A stretch of DNA of 64,000 bases from Paraspadella gotoi (Eukaryota > Animalia > Chaetognatha). The position numbers and the translations under genes are program-made. The DNA is taken from assembly GCA_051294375.1 (NCBI GenBank), contig CM119265.1, forward strand, positions 20,618,221-20,682,220. Direction: 5' to 3'. Shown one piece after another: positions 13,819-64,000 of the stretch (positions within the stretch are counted from its first letter, which is position 1; each line of letters starts with the position of its first letter). The notes under the pieces are model-generated. The model saw only the letters and a program-made list of their open reading frames with translations. It searched no databases and had not been told where the DNA came from.

Positions 13819-14552
13819 TCAACGCTTCCAATGCCGCAGCATTCTCTCCGTCGAAAATGGAAGGATGTACTCGGGCTTCGACTCCTCTCCGTCGATGTCG
13901 TCGTCGGCAGCGTTGTTGTTGTTGTAGTTGTTGTTGTTGTTGTTGCTGTTCTCATCGCCTCTGTTAATTATAGTTCCAATTTAAGTGTTTTTTTTTAAGA
14001 ATACCTTTTTTAATTTCGCACAATTTTAGAAAATTAGCTATCAATTATCTTAATCCCATCTATTTAATGCTATAATACGCTTTTTTTTAATAAGTATAAA
14101 CTACTAAGGCAACAATTGCATCATTTTTCATCAATTCTCTCACATGTACTGATGCAGCCAAGGGATCTTCGGCTTTTCTTCTTCTTCCCTGAATTTCGAG
14201 TCAATTTTGATGATGGAGACTCGACGAGGATCTTGAGGCGACACTTCGGACGGATGGCGGACGACCTGAGCGATGAAGCGGAGTCTGGTTGTGTTTGACG
14301 AGTCTAAACTGAACTCGGGGCGGGCGTGGCTGAGGGAAAGGTTCCAGGAAGTAAGGGACCCGAGGATTCAGACTTTGCCTGCATGTCGTTGTCCAGGAAG
14401 TCGAAGCGATTGCGGTATTCGAGGAGCGGCATTTTGCTGTGGGAGAAAGGAGGCGTCCTGTGTGGACGGTGGCTTATTTTTTTTTTTCTTTCTTTTTCTT
14501 TCTTCTTTCTTTCTTTCTTTCTTTCTTTTTCTTTCTTTTCTTTCTTTCTTTC

Positions 14553-14595
<43 letters not shown>

Positions 14596-14831
14596 TTTTT
14601 TTCTCAAAAAAAAAGATTTATTTTTATCTTTTAATTTTCTCACGTTTTCTTTATTTGCTCCCAGTCCTTCATTTCCGGTGGTTTCTTCTGCTGCTCCACG
14701 AAATTCACTTGAAAGTTAAACGATATTTATAATGATCAGGAATTAAAAGGAAATCAACTAAATTAAGACGGTTACCGACCCGTTTTTATCTTGCAATCGC
14801 CGAAGGGACAACGAATGTAACTCTCTTCCAT
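13819..14831 (-). CDS. Putative small orphan protein (~175 aa), 5 exons: 14831-14780, 14707-14644, 14457-14374, 14329-14144, 13960-13819
   Basis: Four GT-AG introns give a continuous frame MEESYIRCPFGDCKIKTVNFVEQQKK...MPLLEYRNRFDFLD...KPKIPWLHQYIGDENSNNN...ERMLRHWKR*. The first donor is ambiguous (an alternative donor 4 nt away changes frame). No homology recognised. Confidence 0.5.
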
Positions 14832-15719
14832 TTTATCCTTTTTTTTTTAGTTTTTCTTTCCTTTTCTCCTTTTTTGTTAGTCGAACTTCATACGAAACAA
14901 AAGTAAGAAGAGAATTTTATCGTCTTTGTCGTCGTCTTTGCCAAAAAGTTGTTAAACAGTTTTCTACTAGTTAACTCGAATTTCAAAATTTAATCAGGCG
15001 TCGTTTTATAGCGACATTAACAGCTTATGAGATGTTAGTAGATGTTAGAAAAATTGCTCTCAGTCAATTTAAAAAAATCAAACAAAAGAAAATAATCGAA
15101 TTATAAAAATAACAGTGAAATTAGTTTAAAATGTCGGATCTGCTCACAATCATTATCGGTAATTTATTAATAAATAATTCCAGTTAATTAATTATTTAAT
15201 TAATTTATAATTAATTTATTCAAGTTAATTATTTAATTAATTAGGCAATTAATTAATTAATTTGATACGAAATGTTTGTTTTGATTGATTAATCTCATTT
15301 CCACTCAAACAATTCCATCGAATTCGAAACTTGATTTCCAGTTAAATCACACACTTTTCTACCCAAATACAAAATTTAAAGTCAATCGCCCCATCCACTC
15401 AAATAGTGAAATTTTTTTTTAAATTTCTATTTAAACTCATTTCCACTNNNNNNNNNNACGAAAAAGAATGTATGTATATATATATATGTGTAATGGACCC
15501 AAAAAAAAAAATAAAACGAGAAAACAAAGATTGAAACCGGAAAACGAGAAAAAGAGGAAAGGAAAGGAACGAAGACGGAGAGAAAAAGAGGAAAGAAACG
15601 ATTGAACAGATAAAAAAAAAACGAGGTTGAGAAGTGAAGGAACAGAGAGAGAATAAAAAGAATTTGGAGGAATTAGATTTGCAGAAAAAAGTAGGAAAAA
15701 ATTGAGGAAAGAAAGAAGG

Positions 15720-15840
15720 AGGAAATGAAAAGGGAGGAAATGAAAAGGGAGGAAAGGAAAAGGGAGGAAAGGAAAAGGGAGGAAAGGAAAAGGGAGGAAA
15801 GGAAAAGGGAGGAAAGGAAAAGCGAGGAAAGGAAAAGCGA
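15720..15840. repeat. 15-bp purine minisatellite (GAAAAGGGAGGAAAG)n
   Basis: About 8 tandem copies visible. Confidence 0.9.
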
Positions 15841-16504
15841 GAGAAAAGAGAAAAGAGAAAAATCGGCGGAGGAGGAAGCGAGGATCGAAGAGGACGTCGC
15901 CGACGACGACGACGACGACGACGACGATGAGGGAGGCGACGATAAAAACGATGATGACGACGACGACGGCGGCGGGGTTTTGAGACAACGACGACGACGA
16001 CGACGAAGACGATGACGACGTGTCGCGCGTCGAGTCGCGAAGGAAAAGAGAATCGCGAATCTAATTTTTACTTTTGTCTCTTTTTTTTTGTGTGTGTGTG
16101 TCATTTTCTTTTTAACCGAATAGCCGCGCGAGAACGAGAGAGAGAGAGAGAGAGTGAGAAAGGGATAGAGACGAATTTCCCTTTCGACAAAATCTCTTCT
16201 TTTTACTATCGATCCGATCCAGTCCCGATATTTATCGATATTTTTTTTTCCTGGTAATACCTCTTCATTCTCAATCCGGTTATATTCGTGAAAAAAAATT
16301 TAAATAAAAAAAATTAAATAAAAAGGTTTTTGTTAAGAAATAAATAAATTAATTCATAAAATAGAAACAACAAATCGAAATAACAAAAAACAAAAAACAA
16401 AAATTTTCAAACTTCTAAATGAAGGAACAACGTAAACGGAAAACAATAAAAGCGCAAAATAGAGAACATCTTCCGCGCGAAATATTTTCACTTCGTCACA
16501 AATT

Positions 16505-54820
<38,316 letters not shown>

Positions 54821-57344
54821 CCCTGTCATAAAAATATTCTACTCATATTACTTTTTAAATGATTGAAATTACTTAATGGTGATTATCCTACAGTATTTAA
54901 TATTATTACCCGATCGCTAATCTTTTTCATTTGCATAAATTATCTCCCTCTTTATTCTCTTTACCCAAATACCCGGTATTGTATGTTGAGCTTTATATGC
55001 GCGGACTGTTTTGTTACTAACTCGAGCTATCTATATTACTATATGTGTATCTAAGTTATACTACGTTACTGTCAACCCCATGAAGTTTTTTTTATTTTTT
55101 TTATCGTTTGTTTACAGATTTGTAAATATCAACAAAGTTAAGAGATTTTTATTATCAGTGTTCCGCCGTATTACTTTCTCCCCGTTCTCATAAATGACTC
55201 CGAAAAAAAATGTGATAAATAATTTTATCTATCTGTAAATGTTTTATCCTATGGTGAATAAATATTGTCTCGATTTTTTTTTTTTAATTATACATTAGAG
55301 TTAAAAGAAAGATTTTTTCTCGGGTGCACCGAGAAAAACAAACTTAAACAACTGACCGTCACCAAGGAGAGAAAAATTCGAGTCAAGATTTAAAGTTGTC
55401 GAAGAGTTAGTTATATGAAAGACATTTAATTAAAATATCAACTGTTACCATCTGCTGTTAAATCATTTAAAAATCTTTATCAATCTACTGGCCATTCGTC
55501 CCTTTCTTCATTTTCTCCCAATTCAACTGTCATCTCCAAGAATTCGCGACGTCGTCTGAGAGAAAAAAGAAACCTCACCCCGAAAATCCTCACCCGAGTG
55601 AGTTTCCCTCGTTGCTCCCGGGGAGAATTCCCTCCGCATCCTCATTCAAAAAAAAAAAAGGAACAAAAACCTCGCCTCACCTTTTCCATCCTCCGCTCGC
55701 TCCTCCTCATCATCCTCTTCCTCCTTTTTCGAAAAAAAGAAAGAAAGAAAGAAAGAAAGAAAGAGACCCTCACCAAAAGAACATCTTTTCTTTCTCTCCT
55801 TTGAATGAGTCGACTTTACTCTCTCGTTTGTTCCACTTTTGTTTTTTTTATTTTCAAAAAAATTGAAATTCTGTTTTTCAAAAGGGAAAAATGACCGTTT
55901 TTGGTTTTGTTCGTTTACTCGGCTGTTAAAACGTACGCGCTAAGAGGAGAGTAAGAGTAAGAGTCGGATTTAGAAACGGCGAGATCGACAAATCGAAAAT
56001 GGAATTGAAATCGTCGAAATATTTTTGGATGCAACGTCGGAATGCCGTCACCGACTTCTCGGGTCGCGATGCGGAATGTAGAGAGATCGCAATGCTAAAT
56101 GGAACCGTTGGAACTCGGATGGAATAAGTGGAAAGTGAGATGGAATTATAGAAACGGCCAGCGGAAAAAATAGGATTATATATTAATGAATGAGTAAAGG
56201 ATTTCACCAAGCTGTGGGAGAACGATATCGTAAATGTAAAGTAAAAAGAGATAAGACATTATCTAGAAGTTAGGTATTTAAGTAGAGTTGTAAAAGAAAT
56301 AAGAAAATAACTAAGCGCCATAATAATTAATAACCTTTAATTTTTACTTGTTCCATGAATACGAACTTTACAACGAAGGGAACTACGTTTGCCAATTTTT
56401 CAACCTTTGTCGTTCGAGTTCGCTTGTTGTTGTAAAACTCAACCCCCACTGGCCGCCGGACTTGGCTTCTCAAAAATTCTTTGCAACATAAAGAATTTTC
56501 TATGTTCAGCATATAATATAGTCGTAATAAAATTTTTATCTCGGAATTAGATCGAAGTAATGAATAAATAAACCAAAAATATACTCTCATAACAAGTAGG
56601 ATCATCGGCGAAAATCTTCGATAAAAAAAAAAAAAGCTTCATAATTCGGCCAAAATGCTCCGAGCGGGTGAGTTCGACATTTCAGATATCGTTTGACCCT
56701 TTGGTCACGTGATCTCTCATCGCAACATCTCCTAATTATCATTCTCCAGTTTATTCGTTCATCAGTAGCTGAACCAAAAAAAAGTAATCTTTGATGCCCC
56801 TGTTTTCTTTTCCCATGCTCTTTCGCTGGGTACATATAAAGGAAAAGTCAAGTCAAGTCACGAATCAATTATAACTTTCTCCTTTGCCTTTTATCTTTAA
56901 AAAACTGCATATGCTTTTTTTTTAAATTTGTCGGCGCGAAAAAAAAGAGAGAGAAAAAATTGTTCCATCTCTTTCTTACTCTGCCAAGACTTTATTTATC
57001 TTTAAATTTTTTTTTTTTTAAATCCCGTTTAGGTTTACGGTCGATACTTTGAGTCAGAGGATGAAATGAATAACGTTATTGATAGACATGAAAGTAATAT
57101 TTTTAATAATACCTTTCCTTAAATTCAAACTCGTTATATTTAATTTCATTTTTACCCCTAACGACAAATTCTTTGACTGAATAAAGGGGTAGGTCGATTG
57201 GAAAATCGGTCTGAGCAAATTTTAAGCGGAACAACCAAAGGCAAAAAGGGGGAAGTTGCGTAAAACCTTTGACAGAGAATTTCACAACCCCAGCGGGTGG
57301 TCGCCCTCAATGCTCAATCTTGGAACCAAATGTCACTCGCTCTC

Positions 57345-57406
<62 letters not shown>

Positions 57407-57500
57407 CAGCTGAACAAATTTAATCTCGTGTTTCATGGTCCGGTAAATGAGTCTCTTTGAAAATTAATAAGATATTATTTTTATTTTCTTAAAAGAGAAA

Positions 57501-62431
<4,931 letters not shown>

Positions 62432-62840
62432 GTGAGAGACGGTGGTGAGGTGGGTGGGAGGAGGTGGGGGTGAATTAGAAGACGAGGAATAAGTGTTAAA
62501 AAAGTCAATACTCAGTTATGGCAAAAGGAAAAGATAATAAATTATAAAGAGAGTGAAAACGAAACCTCTCTTTACACATACATTACATTTCATCCTCGCA
62601 AAATATTACAAAAAGAAAATAAGCTGTCACAATTTGTTTTAATTTCAATTTACATGACTCGTTAACATTCAAAATAGTTCAACGTATACAAAATTTGAAA
62701 TACATCGACATTCGAAAGGTTTATAATTAAATTGTTATTAAATCCTGGCGTTAAATTAAATTTTGCGTCTTCGTCGCTGCTCTCGTCAAATTCCACGTCG
62801 TCGTCACACCTCATTGTCGTCGTCAACAACTTCGTCCACC

Positions 62841-64000
62841 TCAGCAAACGTTCAACTTTTCGCATATCATCACGACGTCGGCCAGATTCGCGGCGCCTTC
62901 CGCCTTCATCGCCTCCTCCAATTTCGGCGCGAATTCGCGGCAAGCGGCGACCCTCGGCGCCGGTTGACTCTCGAAGGCGGCGGCGCAGGAAGAGACGGCG
63001 TCGTTGCCTAGCAACAACCCTAGGCCTACGTAGCGACAGGCCCCGCAATCGACGCCCGTCTGCGGCGCCTGTGTAGGCGGCGAACGCCTGACGAGGGTCT
63101 CGTCGACTTTGAACATTTGGAAGGATTGGGCAGATTGGCGGATCGGGGTCATCGGGACGGAATCGGTCGTCGCCGGGCAAGCGCCGATCGTCGTGCAGAC
63201 ATGAGGGTCGGACAGGAGCTGGACGAAAATTGTGGAGAAAACGGAAGCAAATAATTTCAAATCAGATTCCGTACTTTATGTGATATGAGAATCAAACCTA
63301 AGCATTCATTTGTAGACGATTCGTTAATTATCAATTTTTTACTTAGGAAAAAAATTACTTAATAAAATTGAATTACTGGATTGCGTTTATGAAATTAAAA
63401 AGGAAAATATATACAAAAAGTCATTCAAATTTTTTATAAGCATTGAACATTGTTTATTGAATATTGCATATATGATTTCTTGGGTTTTTTTATTATTAAG
63501 AGGGAAAAAAATATTTCATTTTTCTCCTTCTACGATTCTTTCCCGTATTCCTCTTCTTTCTTCACCTCAAACAACTCGTGAATCAATGACCGGTAAAAAT
63601 GGTCGCACAGCTTCTTGGTGGGACAATCCGCGCAAGCTTCGGCCACGATCCTATCCGCGAACGCCTTCTCGTTCTCTGGCGTCAAAAACGTGCGGAGAAT
63701 GACGTCCAGGAATCGGCACACCTGGCAGGGGACGTTGGAGTCTCCGAGGTGAAGAGGTCGGGAGTCGCCGCAGATTCGAAGCTGAGTGTAAAAAGATAAA
63801 TTGATTAGCACCTGTCTCGATAAAAGAAGCCGACAACAACGACGACAACAACGATAATAAGCAACCTGTTCGCAAGCCTCTTCGGCGTCATGAATCTTTC
63901 CATGCTGAAGAGAGTACCGACGGTCATCTGCAGAAACTTGCTGCAATCGGTTTGCTTTTTTGTGGGCATTTTACCACAAAGATTCTTTGTTGAGCGAATC
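62841..64000 (-). CDS. Multi-saposin-B (prosaposin-like) protein, 5'-incomplete; exons >64000-63866, 63781-63566, 63218-62841
   Basis: Three SapB-type Cys patterns: ...LCGKMPTKKQTDCSKFL...(P)EEACEQ|LRIC; CQVCRFL...ACADCPTKKLCDHF..FE|LLSDPHVCTTIGAC; CGACRYV...C...ACREF...ICEKLNVC*. Introns are GT-AG phase 0, with one apparent 1-nt frameshift near 63885. Confidence 0.8.

Noticed and set aside
15437-16104. ORFs with KREER / FPFLP repeats and poly-Asp
   Set aside because: They come from a 15-bp minisatellite and (GAC)n upstream of NR2E3; no convincing gene structure.
56835-56860. AAGTCAAGTCAAGTCA next to TATAAA as an NR2E3 response element
   Set aside because: The half-sites overlap with a 5-bp period rather than the DR1 arrangement; indistinguishable from an (AAGTC)n micro-repeat.
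63782-63891. ATG at ~63891 with a hydrophobic stretch as the saposin signal peptide
   Set aside because: The hydrophobic run comes from an intronic (GTT/GTC)n repeat and is out of phase with the saposin exon; the upstream sequence is itself saposin-like, so the gene starts beyond the window.

Overview
This is eukaryotic (invertebrate animal) genomic DNA, not prokaryotic. It has GC-rich exons, short AT-rich spliceosomal introns, many (AG/CT)n microsatellites and N-gaps, so most ORF-track entries are spurious or single exons. Hand-splicing gives, left to right: a 5-exon LRR type-I membrane protein (+, 4137-8496); a 6-exon chymotrypsin-like S1 protease (+, 9301-11192); two orphan spliced genes (-, 11611-13221 and 13819-14831); and a 12-exon NR2E3/PNR/DHR51 nuclear receptor (+, 16505-54820). 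Its 6th intron hosts an antisense cinnamyl-alcohol-dehydrogenase-type (YahK/AdhC-like) gene, a same-strand C2H2 zinc-finger gene and a tRNA-derived SINE. A ~6.1 kb second copy of that block follows a 25-N gap and is most likely a gap-filling/haplotype artefact. At the right end is a secreted mosaic protein with the unusual architecture signal peptide - CBM14 chitin-binding - PEBP - (GTSM)n repeat - Ig - Ig... (+, 57501 to beyond 62431). Its introns carry an antisense tRNA-Asn(GTT) and apparently an antisense multi-saposin gene (62841 to beyond 64000). The CBM14-PEBP-Ig protein and the intron-bearing, non-animal-type CAD gene are the most interesting items.
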